Below, piece by piece: positions 1-9,947 of a stretch of DNA of 64,000 bases. The stretch lies in NCBI GenBank assembly GCA_047947115.1, contig CP170459.1:256001-320000 (forward strand). The letters run 5' to 3'. A model generated the notes under the pieces. It was given only the letters and a program-made list of their open reading frames with translations. It had not been told where the DNA came from and searched no databases. The stretch's first letter is position 1. Each line of letters opens with the position of its first letter. Made by a program: the position numbers and the translations under genes. This DNA is from Verrucomicrobiota bacterium (GTDB lineage Bacteria > Verrucomicrobiota > Verrucomicrobiia > Limisphaerales > AAA164-E04).

Positions 1-13
1 GAATACGCATTTG

Positions 14-2824
14 TTACAGGTTTTGGTTTGGACCATCTGCTTTCTTGTTCTCGGTCACTTCGGCCGAAAAGGTGATGGATGAAACAGACATCAAATTCGC
101 GCCATCCTCCGCGGCGTCATTACGGAAGATCAAACAAAGGTCCTTCTTGCCGCTCACTTCGCGAATGGCGATATAGACCGGATCACGACGGAAGCCACCA
201 AAGCCGCGACGTCCCCCACCCTGAGGTGGTTCGGGAGCATCCAATGTCGCCGCTCCCAGCAACTCGCCCTTTGGACCGCCCAAACGCACTTCAATCGTGC
301 CGCCGGTGTGATTGCTGCGCGCCATGACATTGGCCATGAAGTCCAACTGTTTGACTTGTGTCAGATCGATATTCTTGAACACGGCATGCGATCCCTTGGA
401 AACCGTTGCCCCGAACCGACCGGTCTCGATGCCATCCAACACATCAGCAGCGCTTACTTGAAGCGTGGCGGAGCGCAACAACTCGATGGTCTGCGAGGTC
501 AAGGAAGCAGCCAGATCATCCCCGGCATCCTTGTAAACCGCACGCATCAACACGGCACCCGGATCAACCGGACCACGACCGAATCCACCCCGCCCCTGAG
601 GGGCTGCCGGAGCTACAGGGGTATACGCTCCCACCAGAGCAGGCCCCTGATTTCCATCATCAGCCAAACTTAACACATATTTCAAAATCTGTTTGGCTTC
701 ATCTTCCGTGAGGAGCGCGTTTGGCGGCATGGGCACTTCGCCCCAAACGCCCCGGCCACCGCCCACCACTTTGCCGGCGAGATCGTCCAACGCGTTTTCA
801 TCGTCCTTGTATTTGGCGGCGATTTCCTTGAATGCAGGTCCCACCAATTTCGCATCCACCAGGTGACAGGATCTGCAATTGGCTTTGGCGATGATGGATT
901 GTGCCACCGGGAAACGAGAGGTGGCGGCGTCATCCAAGGGCATTTGCCTCAGGGACTCCACATCGAAGTTGGAATCCACCTGATCGATGCTGAAGGTGAT
1001 TTTCTCCGCATCAATGTCACCCTTTGAAAACGTGCCGTCTTCCGCATCCACGACTTCCACCGCATACTCCACAGGAGCGCCGGGAAAGAAGAAAGAGCGG
1101 TTGCCCTTGAACTGAATGGACACTTTGGGAGGTTCGTTTCCGGACACGATCGGCAGGGAAACCGAATCACTCGCCCCCGAAGGATCCGTCACCGTCAGAC
1201 GCGCGTTGTAAGTGCCAATGGATGTCAGGGTAACCGTAGGATTCGGTTCCTCCTTGACTTGAACATTGCCGCCGGCATCGACGATTTCCCAGCGATAGCT
1301 GAGATCATCGTTGTCGTAATCTTCCGTTCCGGCAGATGAAAGCGAAACCTCAAAGGGAGGCACACCGCCTTTTTTATCGCTCTTGGCCACGACGATGGGT
1401 TGACGGTTGCCGCCTTCAAAAGCGATGCGAACCAGCCTGGCCTCCTGACTGTACTGGAACCAGCGACCACCATATTCCAACACATACAAATCCCCGTTGG
1501 GTCCAAACTTGATATCAATCGGTTCCACGGGACGGTAATCAGGAAGAAATCGTTCCAACGATTTGAAATCACCATTGTCCTCCATCGAAATCACAAACAA
1601 GGCCCGACGGGAAAACTCGGCTACGATCCACTTTCCTTCGAAATAAGCCGGCCAGGGACGCTCGGCATTCGGAAAGTCGCCACGATGATAGATGGGGCCA
1701 CCTGTAGCGGAACGACCTCCGGTGCCGAGTGCCGGGAATTCGGGGGATTCGTCATATGGATAATACACGAACGAGGGAGCCAAATGAGGCAACTCGACGA
1801 GTCCGGTATTATTGGGAGAAAGATTGGTGGGAGCTTTGGGATCCTTCTTCTTCCCCGGAGTGTTGGTTTCGTAGTCCATGACCGGATAAGCAAAATCCCC
1901 CACGAAATAAGGCCAGCCAAAGAAACCGGGTTCGCGTGCCTGATTGAACTCGTCGTATCCTTTGGGCCCGATTTCACTGTGTTGTCGCGCATCCGGCCCG
2001 ACCTCTCCCCAGTAAAGCCAGCCTGTTTCGCTGTCAACCGCAACGCGCCAGGCGTTACGATGCCCCATGGTGTAGATCTCCGGGCGCGTGTTGGGCATGG
2101 TCAGGGGAAAGAGGTTTCCCGAAGGGATCGAGTAGGAACCATCCGGCTCGGGATGAATACGCAGGATCTTTCCTTCAAGACTGTTGGTGTTGGCGGCGCC
2201 TCGCTGGTCGTCCCAACTGCTTCTACCCGGACGCTCGTCGGTGTGTGCAGCCTGATTATTGCCAGTGTTGTTTCCGATGGTGATATACAGATTGCCGGCG
2301 GCATCCCAGGCCATTCCACCACCTGTATGACAGCAGGTCTCGCGTTGGGCGGGAAATTCGAGCATCACGATCTCGGAATTGGCGACCAGCGTATTATTGA
2401 AGATCTCCCACCGGCTGATCACCGCCTTGGCATCAACCGGATCGTGGTAGTAGAGATACATCCAACCATTCTCCTCAAAATTGGGATCAAGGGTCATCCC
2501 TGCCAAACCCTGTTCATTGTTGCCGGTGGAGTTGACATACAACTGACCGACGGATTTGACACTGGCGTCCACGGGATCAAAAAGCTTCACGGCACCACGT
2601 CGTTCGATGATGAACACTCGGCCGTCCTCCAACACCTCAAACGACATGGGCTCATTGAGCGTGCCTTCCGTCACCACAACGGGTGTGAAACGATTGTCGT
2701 CCGGTTTCAGGAGGGGGTCGGTCTCAAAAGCATTGGGATCGGCAGCTTGAAGACCAACCAGTGACACACCGGCGGCAAGAACGCAACCCAGCAGGTTGCC
2801 CAATATGGATTTGATCGTATACAT
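14..2824 (-). CDS. Secreted PQQ-dependent sugar dehydrogenase (GSDH beta-propeller) with PKD, cytochrome c and CBM6-like domains
   Basis: Signal-peptide-like N-terminus; GSDH-type motifs CCHTGGG, GKILRIHP, GHRNAWR, WGEVGPD; PKD-like segment; CxxCH heme motif (CRSCH) followed by VGPAF and MPP; C-terminal beta-sandwich. Confidence 0.8.
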   Translation of the reverse strand: MYTIKSILGNLLGCVLAAGVSLVGLQAADPNAFETDPLLKPDDNRFTPVVVTEGTLNEPMSFEVLEDGRVFIIERRGAVKLFDPVDASVKSVGQLYVNSTGNNEQGLAGMTLDPNFEENGWMYLYYHDPVDAKAVISRWEIFNNTLVANSEIVMLEFPAQRETCCHTGGGMAWDAAGNLYITIGNNTGNNQAAHTDERPGRSSWDDQRGAANTNSLEGKILRIHPEPDGSYSIPSGNLFPLTMPNTRPEIYTMGHRNAWRVAVDSETGWLYWGEVGPDARQHSEIGPKGYDEFNQAREPGFFGWPYFVGDFAYPVMDYETNTPGKKKDPKAPTNLSPNNTGLVELPHLAPSFVYYPYDESPEFPALGTGGRSATGGPIYHRGDFPNAERPWPAYFEGKWIVAEFSRRALFVISMEDNGDFKSLERFLPDYRPVEPIDIKFGPNGDLYVLEYGGRWFQYSQEARLVRIAFEGGNRQPIVVAKSDKKGGVPPFEVSLSSAGTEDYDNDDLSYRWEIVDAGGNVQVKEEPNPTVTLTSIGTYNARLTVTDPSGASDSVSLPIVSGNEPPKVSIQFKGNRSFFFPGAPVEYAVEVVDAEDGTFSKGDIDAEKITFSIDQVDSNFDVESLRQMPLDDAATSRFPVAQSIIAKANCRSCHLVDAKLVGPAFKEIAAKYKDDENALDDLAGKVVGGGRGVWGEVPMPPNALLTEDEAKQILKYVLSLADDGNQGPALVGAYTPVAPAAPQGRGGFGRGPVDPGAVLMRAVYKDAGDDLAASLTSQTIELLRSATLQVSAADVLDGIETGRFGATVSKGSHAVFKNIDLTQVKQLDFMANVMARSNHTGGTIEVRLGGPKGELLGAATLDAPEPPQGGGRRGFGGFRRDPVYIAIREVSGKKDLCLIFRNDAAEDGANLMSVSSITFSAEVTENKKADGPNQNL

Positions 2825-3049
2825 GTCGTTCGAACTGTGTTACGTGAGTCTGAATGGATAACATGAAAACGCGTTTCAAGACAAGAAACGATCCCATGAG
2901 ACCATCACCTACTCGACGATAAAACTGGAACTCGACAAGATGGACCGAAAAACGGAACAACTGGTTACATCATATTTCCCATCGGAATGCATTCTATCGA
3001 CAGAAGCACAAGAATCCTATTTTGCAAATTCTTGCCCTGCTGAGGAATA

Positions 3050-4381
3050 TCAGGATGAAACCGGGTCTTCCAGCTGGCGCTGAGGATTGTCCGCCCAGAA
3101 ACTGAGCAGCGCAAACAGGGCGGGCACGAAGATGCTGATAAACAGAACCGGGCGATAAGATCCCGTCCACTGTTCAGACCAACCAAAAAGGAGCGGCCCC
3201 AACCCGCTGGCGATGACCATGGTGGACATGTTGACTCCGCTGATGGATCCGAGCCAAAGCCTGCCGAAAAACCTGGGCCAGATGATGCCTGACAAACTGA
3301 CGAAACCACCCCCGGCGATACCATTGCCGATGACATATGCAGCCACCCCCCAATCGTTCGTCAATTGATACAGCCCCGCCACACCTGCCAAACCGCCCAA
3401 ATTCATCAGCACCAATAAATACTTCAATCGAAGCCTGGCATTGATCCAACCAAAACTCAGGTTCGTGGTAATACTGACCAACGCCATCGGAACAAACAGA
3501 GTCAAGATGCGTTCACGATCAAAACCAAACGCCTCCCCCATTGACAAAATATGAAAAGTGAACGCGGTTGCGAATAGTGCATAAAAGGCAAAGGACAAAT
3601 TGAACACCCAGAAGGAAAACGTCTTGAGCGTTTCATTGAGCGTAAAATCGTGATGAATGTGCATGTCACGGTTGACCGATCCGGTGCGTTTCACCGAGCC
3701 CCCATCCATCACCAACCCGCAATCCTCTGGACGATCCCGAAACACCGCCCAGGCAACCGGCACCATCACCACGATTGTCAGCAAACCAATCACGCGCCAG
3801 GCGCCGTCGTGACCGTAGCGTTCGACCAGATCATTCAACCACCGTGGCGCCACTGAAAATCCAAACGAAACAAACACACCACTCACGGCGAGCGCCATGC
3901 CACGTTTGACATCAAACCACTTCCCAATGACATTGCGGCAAGTCATGGAAAGCACACCCTGAGCGGACACACGAATCAGATAAAACCCAATCCCAATGCA
4001 AACAAAAGCACAAGCCGTATGCCAGGATGCCGGAAGCAATACGGAAATGGTTCGATTCAGCGAAGTGACCAGACTGAGGTAAAACAACACCAAGCCGGTT
4101 GCCAGAGCGGAAGCAATCGTCATGCGACGTTCTCCCCATCGATCCACCAAGCGGCCCATACGAGGCAAAGTCAAACCACTGGCAACCGTCCCGACACAAT
4201 AAGCCAGACTCAAGGTGACACGGGACAATCCCAATTTCTCCATGAGGATATCCGTGAACACACTGAACCCCATGGTCTGCCCCGGAATGGTAAACAAAGT
4301 CCCCAAGGTGGCTCCAAACACAATGATCCAGCCATAAAAAAAGGAAAACCGCCCCGGGTCCCAGGGCATGTTCGTCGCCAA
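3050..4381 (-). CDS. MFS transporter
   Basis: About 12 hydrophobic segments; MFS motif A-like GRLVDRWGERR; start codon uncertain. Confidence 0.85.
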   Translation of the reverse strand: MATNMPWDPGRFSFFYGWIIVFGATLGTLFTIPGQTMGFSVFTDILMEKLGLSRVTLSLAYCVGTVASGLTLPRMGRLVDRWGERRMTIASALATGLVLFYLSLVTSLNRTISVLLPASWHTACAFVCIGIGFYLIRVSAQGVLSMTCRNVIGKWFDVKRGMALAVSGVFVSFGFSVAPRWLNDLVERYGHDGAWRVIGLLTIVVMVPVAWAVFRDRPEDCGLVMDGGSVKRTGSVNRDMHIHHDFTLNETLKTFSFWVFNLSFAFYALFATAFTFHILSMGEAFGFDRERILTLFVPMALVSITTNLSFGWINARLRLKYLLVLMNLGGLAGVAGLYQLTNDWGVAAYVIGNGIAGGGFVSLSGIIWPRFFGRLWLGSISGVNMSTMVIASGLGPLLFGWSEQWTGSYRPVLFISIFVPALFALLSFWADNPQRQLEDPVSS

Positions 4382-4474
4382 CCAGGATCGCCGCGCATTT
4401 GATTCGGAAGATGATTCAGTCGTTTTCAGAGCGGAGAACTTCTCAGTTTTCCATGGATAAACAAGGGGATTCGT

Positions 4475-4747
4475 TTAAAAGAATAGATCACTGTGAGTTC
4501 CGGTCCGTTCCAATCTCAGCAGGTCTTCATCGACTTCAATGGTATAAATGAGCAACCAGTCCGGTTCAATGTGGCACTCTCGCGAACCTTTCTAATCCCC
4601 TATGAGAGCATGATCCCGATGCTTGGGATGAAGAGGCTCGCTTCTGGCCAATGAGGAAACAATCATTTTGATTTTCCCCAAATCTTTCCCTCTTTTTACC
4701 GCTCTCTTCAGGTCTTTGGAAAACCTTTTGGTTTGTTGAAGGCGCAT
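4475..4747 (-). pseudogene. yafQ: YafQ-family (RelE superfamily) toxin interrupted by an in-frame TAG at codon 52 (4592-4594)
   Basis: Manual translation: MRLQQTKRFSKDLKRAVKRGKDLGKIKMIVSSLARSEPLHPKHRDHALIGD*KGSRECHIEPDWLLIYTIEVDEDLLRLERTGTHSDLFF; YafQ motifs DHAL, RECHIEPDWLLIY, RTGTHSDLF; its ATG overlaps the antitoxin TGA (TGATG); absent from the ORF track. Confidence 0.85.
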
Positions 4748-5007
4748 CAGTGCTCCCAACTTGCAAACATATCATCAAGTGAGTTGAATTCTTCAATATC
4801 CTTCCCCTCACGACTATCCTCCAGGACTCGCCGGGTCTCCGCATTAGGAATTTTGAGAGGAAAGGGCAAACCTTTGTGAAGACTGACCTGCGTATAAAAA
4901 AGCCTGATGGCTTCGGTTGGCGACATGCCCAGTTTTCCGAACACGGCTTCGGCTTTCTTCTTCACGCTCGGCTCAATACGCGCATGCACCACGGCTGATT
5001 TACTCAT
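4747..5007 (-). CDS. dinJ: RelB/DinJ-family antitoxin
   Basis: RHH-like N-terminus (ARIEPSVKKKAEAVFGKLGMSPTEAIRLF), GLPF...PNAET motif, acidic C-terminus; directly upstream of yafQ. Confidence 0.85.
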   Translation of the reverse strand: MSKSAVVHARIEPSVKKKAEAVFGKLGMSPTEAIRLFYTQVSLHKGLPFPLKIPNAETRRVLEDSREGKDIEEFNSLDDMFASWEH

Positions 5008-5013
5008 GCACTT

Positions 5014-5042
5014 TACGTATCACATATGCAACACACGGTCAA
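5014..5042 (-). promoter_or_regulatory. Putative dinJ-yafQ promoter with a palindromic operator between -35 and -10
   Basis: Minus strand TTGACC-N17-TACGTA ending 6 nt before the ATG (leaderless-like); imperfect palindrome GTATCACATATGCAACAC at 5017-5034. Confidence 0.5.
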
Positions 5043-5133
5043 GATCGAGAAGATGGGATTTGGAATAGAAGGAATCCCTTTCAGTAATTGTCCTGACCAT
5101 TTAATTTGAATAACGAACCATCATAGGAAGTCT

Positions 5134-5934
5134 ATGTTGTTTCCAAATCAAACACATATGATTTTCGGCAATCATTCCAATCTGAAAAAAATTGGATGGA
5201 CGACAGGTTTCTTCGTGTTGTGCGTCGGCCTCTATCTGTCGTTACGCACCCAAGCCCCGCTTTTCGAAGGCCATACCATGGAATGGTGGCTGAATGATTT
5301 TTCTCAGACAAGTTTTCGATCAGGACCTCACGTAACCGAACGCCAAAAAAAGGCCATCGAAGCATTTCACCATTTTGGAAAACAGGGACTTGAGTTTCTG
5401 TTGGATGAAATGAGCATGCCTCGCGGTTTTATATCTCGCTACAAAATCAAGCTGACGAAAAAACTACGCCAAGCAAGCTGGGGAAAGTTTTTAGGCTTCA
5501 AACAGCGAGCTTCACGGGGCGAACAAGCGGGATTTCTGTTTCGTCATCTGGAATTTCCGCTGGAGCGGACCGAAGTCCAGTTGAATCAATTGAACTCAGC
5601 CGACTACTACGAGATGTACTACGCACCGGTGGTCTTACGCCAAGCAACCAACCACCAGGCTGATATAATTCGCTCAATGGGCCCCTTTTTGAATCACACT
5701 AATGCCTCGTGGACAAGCCTGGCGGCAGGAACCATTGCCAAGCTTTACCAAAAAACCGATACGGTCCAGGAATTGGCCGACTACCTGCCCGGAATGCCCC
5801 CCATAAGGGACACAACAGCACTGATGACCATTCTCGAAACTTTATCTGCGAAAATCTGCGACTTCTCGAAGATCTCAAGTCTGCGCATACCCGTCAGATT
5901 AATGAATTTTTCATTGATTCTTTTAAGATACTAA
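5134..5934 (+). CDS. Hypothetical membrane-anchored helical protein, possibly C-terminally truncated
   Basis: One TM segment followed by PLFEGHTMEWWL, resembling N-termini of verrucomicrobial HEAT-like proteins; the 3' end runs into a repeat-rich intergenic region. Confidence 0.45.
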   Translation: MLFPNQTHMIFGNHSNLKKIGWTTGFFVLCVGLYLSLRTQAPLFEGHTMEWWLNDFSQTSFRSGPHVTERQKKAIEAFHHFGKQGLEFLLDEMSMPRGFISRYKIKLTKKLRQASWGKFLGFKQRASRGEQAGFLFRHLEFPLERTEVQLNQLNSADYYEMYYAPVVLRQATNHQADIIRSMGPFLNHTNASWTSLAAGTIAKLYQKTDTVQELADYLPGMPPIRDTTALMTILETLSAKICDFSKISSLRIPVRLMNFSLILLRY

Positions 5935-5988
5935 TACGCTTTCAATGTTTATGTTACGCTACCTTTATCCATTCATTGTCACCCACTG

Positions 5989-6020
5989 CTTCGCGTCTTT
6001 GCGCCTCCGCGCCTTTGCTA
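5989..6020 (+). repeat. Degenerate 8-mer tandem array
   Basis: CTTCGCGT CTTTGCGC CTCCGCGC CTTTGCTA; a related array is at 6244-6269. Confidence 0.6.
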
Positions 6021-6374
6021 TAAAAACAGGCAATCATTGAAAACTTCGTGACCTACAAAAAGGTTCAGTGGAAGATTCGCTAACGTGTAAAAGAACCGTA
6101 CTGAAATTGATTCCCAAATGATGAATCCGTCTCCCTCAATCCGGATGAGCGCCAAGGCGCAAAGAATTCTGTGGACCACGCTCTTTAGGAAAACCTTGGT
6201 AAATGTGTCATTGCAACTGATAAAACAGTCATTTCAAACCTGTCTTCGTGTCATTCACGGCTTCGTGGTAAAAATGAAAACCTACCTTTCAGATCCAAAA
6301 CGGGTTGTACAACCGCGTGGCGCTATCCTGACGTGCATGCGCGTCTGCGGTGGTGCGGATAAAAAACAAACATC

Positions 6375-7880
6375 TCACAAGCCCGACGGCTCCGGCCAAA
6401 GCAACTCTTTCTCCACCGGCGCCACACCCTTTGGTAGCGTTTTTTCCATCATGTAGTAGACCTCCACGTTGTGGATCGGCGGATCACCAGGATGCTTTTC
6501 TTGCCAAGTGGATTTGAAATGATCAACGACCCGCTCCCATAATCCGGATTGTCCCGAAAGATCATAAAGCATCATCATGTATTCCTTCCAGCGATCACTC
6601 GGGAAAGTTTTCAGCACATCTTCAGGTTTTTCCCACAAGGAAGATCGCTCCGGATCCAGCAGATCAAACCGGGAACCATCCTCGCGTTCCGCCAGCATCA
6701 CATACCAACCGTCGTGAACCATGGGGTTCGGGGAAAACATGCCCCAATACTGATCCATACGCAGCAAACTGACCACCTGGGCCGCCCAGTTTGGCATGCG
6801 ACTTTTCAGTGTATCGGGATAATCCCAGGTCATCCATACGTTCCAAACCAGCATGAACACCAGCATCCAGGCAACGAGACGTTCCTTCAGGGCGGTGGAA
6901 CATGTCTCGCGTTTCAAAAGGACCGGACCACGTCCAAAACCAAACCAAGTCCAGACATGCCCCGGCACATGCGGCAACAATGCCAAGGTCGAAATGAAAG
7001 GAAACAATCCGATATCCAAGGTCAGCCAGAATGAAAACTGCAACACCAACAACAGACCCATACCGATCAATCGCAACAAGGTTCCGCGGGCGAGCAACAA
7101 CAAGGGAGCCACCCCCTCCACCAACAAGGTCAACCACGTCAGGTAACGAAGTATGGAGTCCGGCAATGATTTCAACCAGACAGCCGCAGGCAACGCAAAC
7201 TGATCGATCTCCAACGCATCATGCAAAGCCGATCCATCCAGCCAGGTATCTCCATGCTTGCGCAACACCGAGAACAAATACATGACACACACCTGCAGCC
7301 GAAGCCCCCACCCGGCCCAGCTACTCAGCGCCATTGAGTCGGATCCATTGCCCACATCGCTTTTCTTCCCACAAGCGAACCTTGCCCCCATTGGCAGAAA
7401 GCAGGACCATAGCAGCATGAGAAAAAGCAGTTTATCGCCCCCGTAATTGGTCCAGGGATTACGCGCCTGTATGGAGTGCAAAAAAATCAAGGCAACACAA
7501 GACATCCATCTCGCACGCCACCCAGCAGCCAGCAAGAAGGAAGCAACGACCCCCACCCCACAACAAGCCCGGATCCATTCGACACGATCGGAGATTACGC
7601 ATACCGACCAAAACCAGGGCCAGGATTGCTGGGGCAAGTGCCGGAGGGTTTCCAAGGGGAGGACGCCTTCCGCCGAATACAGAGAAGAAGCCTGCAGCAT
7701 GCGGAGCGAGAAATCCACCATGAGCAACAAACCCAGACACATCCTGAAAACAGCAAGCGAACGCAGATCCACCGCCAGATGCTGATCCAGTCGGTGGTGA
7801 ATTCGTTTCAATGAAATGAAATGCATTCGGTTCATGCTGATGTCTGCCCCCCTCAAGCAAAACCGCAGACCATCTGCCAT
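6375..7880 (-). CDS. HTTM-domain membrane protein
   Basis: DLRSLAVFR, RNP...GGD, W-DG-AL and RMDQYWGMFSPNP motifs; multiple TM segments. Confidence 0.75.
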   Translation of the reverse strand: MADGLRFCLRGADISMNRMHFISLKRIHHRLDQHLAVDLRSLAVFRMCLGLLLMVDFSLRMLQASSLYSAEGVLPLETLRHLPQQSWPWFWSVCVISDRVEWIRACCGVGVVASFLLAAGWRARWMSCVALIFLHSIQARNPWTNYGGDKLLFLMLLWSCFLPMGARFACGKKSDVGNGSDSMALSSWAGWGLRLQVCVMYLFSVLRKHGDTWLDGSALHDALEIDQFALPAAVWLKSLPDSILRYLTWLTLLVEGVAPLLLLARGTLLRLIGMGLLLVLQFSFWLTLDIGLFPFISTLALLPHVPGHVWTWFGFGRGPVLLKRETCSTALKERLVAWMLVFMLVWNVWMTWDYPDTLKSRMPNWAAQVVSLLRMDQYWGMFSPNPMVHDGWYVMLAEREDGSRFDLLDPERSSLWEKPEDVLKTFPSDRWKEYMMMLYDLSGQSGLWERVVDHFKSTWQEKHPGDPPIHNVEVYYMMEKTLPKGVAPVEKELLWPEPSGL

Positions 7881-7918
7881 GGATGACCTGCACTTGCTTT
7901 CCGGGCAAGGCGTATGAA

Positions 7919-7945
7919 ACCACAGAGGGAGCAGAGATCACAGAG
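7919..7945 (+). repeat. Degenerate 9-mer tandem array
   Basis: ACCACAGAG GGAGCAGAG ATCACAGAG in the intergenic region. Confidence 0.55.
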
Positions 7946-8006
7946 TAAATTCCTCATCATTCAAGCCTGTCTTGATTTTATCCGGATCAACCCTTAGAAC
8001 ATCCTC

Positions 8007-9575
8007 GTGAGCAATAAGAAATCCGATTCCGACAACCAGGGTATGGCGGCCAAATTGGTGCCTTTCCTTTATCTGACTGCGGCCATCAACGGCGGAGTGA
8101 TCCTGATCGTCGAGATCCTGGGAGCCAAGATGCTGTCGCCCTATTTCGGCACTTCGCATTTTGTATGGACCGCACAAATCGCGGCCACTTTGATTTCCCT
8201 GGCATTCGGATATTACTACGGCGGCCGAATGGCGGATCGCAAACCACACCTGGCTCGTTTGTTTTACGCCATGCTTTTTGCATCCATTTACCTGGCCATC
8301 GCTACGTTGGCCCTCGAGCCCGTCGCTTACTTCTTTCTCAAGTTCAAACTGGCGATGGGATCGCTGCTGATGGCGCTATTCCTGTTCTTTCCCCCATTAA
8401 CGCTGTTGGCCATCACCATTCCCTTCCTGGCAAGGATCACCACACAAACCACCCAGACCATCGGGGTCCAGGTAGGCCGATTGTCTGCCATCAGCACCTT
8501 CGGAAGTGTGGTGGGGACCGTGTTGATCAGTTATGTCCTGATCCCCCACCTCCCGAACACCTACACCATGCTCATGGTGGTAGGCCTCGAAATCGTCCTG
8601 GTTGTCCTTTACTTCCTGATGTTTGAAAAGGGATTCAAAAAGGCCCCCGGAGTTCTCCCCGGAATTGCGGCCGGAATATTACTTTCCATGGTGGCTGGAA
8701 GAGTGGAATCGGTGAAAAGCTCGGGGTTCGGCAAAGAACTGTTCCGCAAGAATTCCAATTTCGGACTGATGCAAGTCGTGGATTCCGATGCGGGAGATGT
8801 GCGGTATTACCTCAACGATTTTCTGACCCAAAACATCCACGATCCCAAAGCAGACAAAAGCCTGACGGTCTTTACCTACATGTTGCACGGACTGACACAC
8901 GCCTATCACGCCGCTCCGGAGAAAGTGCTGTGTATTGGTCTGGGAGTCGGCATCGTCCCCATGCAACTGGCCAATGAGGGCAGTGATGTGGAAGTGGTGG
9001 AGATCAATCCGGGTGTGGTCGAAATCGGAGAACAATTTTTCGGATTGGATCCAAGCAAACTGGACCTGCATATCGGTGACGGTCGCTATTTTCTGAACGC
9101 TTCGGAAGAACTCTACGACGTGGTGGTGCTCGATGCTTTCCTGGGGGATTCCTCACCTTCCCACCTGATGAGCCGCGAATGCTTCGAAAGCATGGCCAAA
9201 CGCATGAAGGAAGACTCCATTCTGGTCATCAATGCCTTCGGACATTTCGACCCGGGAGAGGATTTTTTCATGGCCTCGCTGGACAAGACCCTTCAATCGG
9301 TATTCGGCACGGTGCACATTCATGACGGCACACGCGGCAATGTTTTCTTTGTCGCTTCCAGGAAGGAAAATCTTAGGCCGCATCAAGCCATGGACATGAC
9401 CGATGTGCATCCCAGAATCCTGGCTTTCGTTGAAACAGCCTGGAAAAACAAGATGGAATCCAATCCAGAAAGCGGCATCATTCTCACGGACGATTACAAT
9501 CCGGTGGAATACTATGACGCAAACACACGTGAAGAAATCCGCCTGAACTTCGCCCTCAACATGCGAGGCAAGTAG
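8007..9575 (+). CDS. Fused membrane domain / spermidine-synthase-like SAM-dependent protein
   Basis: N-terminal TM block (EILGAKMLSPYFGTS) plus class I SAM-fold motifs VLCIGLGVG, VEINP, GDGR, DVVVLDAF, LTDDYNP. Confidence 0.8.
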   Translation: MSNKKSDSDNQGMAAKLVPFLYLTAAINGGVILIVEILGAKMLSPYFGTSHFVWTAQIAATLISLAFGYYYGGRMADRKPHLARLFYAMLFASIYLAIATLALEPVAYFFLKFKLAMGSLLMALFLFFPPLTLLAITIPFLARITTQTTQTIGVQVGRLSAISTFGSVVGTVLISYVLIPHLPNTYTMLMVVGLEIVLVVLYFLMFEKGFKKAPGVLPGIAAGILLSMVAGRVESVKSSGFGKELFRKNSNFGLMQVVDSDAGDVRYYLNDFLTQNIHDPKADKSLTVFTYMLHGLTHAYHAAPEKVLCIGLGVGIVPMQLANEGSDVEVVEINPGVVEIGEQFFGLDPSKLDLHIGDGRYFLNASEELYDVVVLDAFLGDSSPSHLMSRECFESMAKRMKEDSILVINAFGHFDPGEDFFMASLDKTLQSVFGTVHIHDGTRGNVFFVASRKENLRPHQAMDMTDVHPRILAFVETAWKNKMESNPESGIILTDDYNPVEYYDANTREEIRLNFALNMRGK

Positions 9576-9947
9576 TCCTGCGCAAAGTGTGCTGAATCAG
9601 GCACGATGATCGCCTCGCCAGGCGTGAATCAAGGTAGCGCCCCGCAATTGCAGGATCCTTGGCGCGCTCCTAAAGGTAATCGAACAGCAACCCGTTTCCG
9701 TTTTGGGAAGCCTTCGGTTTTCTAAAACCCATATACCTTCTGAATGCGGCAAATGGTGCTTTTCGATGGGATACACGTCGGGGTGTCCTTTGGATGGCAT
9801 TCTTGAAGAGGTATGCCTCAAGGGGCGGACCGGGATCCCGACGAGTCGGGAATCTACCTGCAGCGCGGTATCCTCATTCCAAAATTCAAAATCTATCCTA
9901 CAAAAAAGTTGAAACAATTTCATGCAGGACCGTGCTTTTACGGTAGA

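Noticed and set aside
1400..2764. Long antisense ORFs (454 aa here; also 10625-11539, 15259-15966, 38945-39745, 52869-53669)
   Set aside because: They lie opposite well-supported genes and carry no motifs, as expected for shadow ORFs produced by codon bias.
9597..9923. 108-aa minus-strand ORF in the gap before the DUF456 gene
   Set aside because: No recognisable motif, RBS or protein-like composition; it cannot be supported, though it cannot be excluded.
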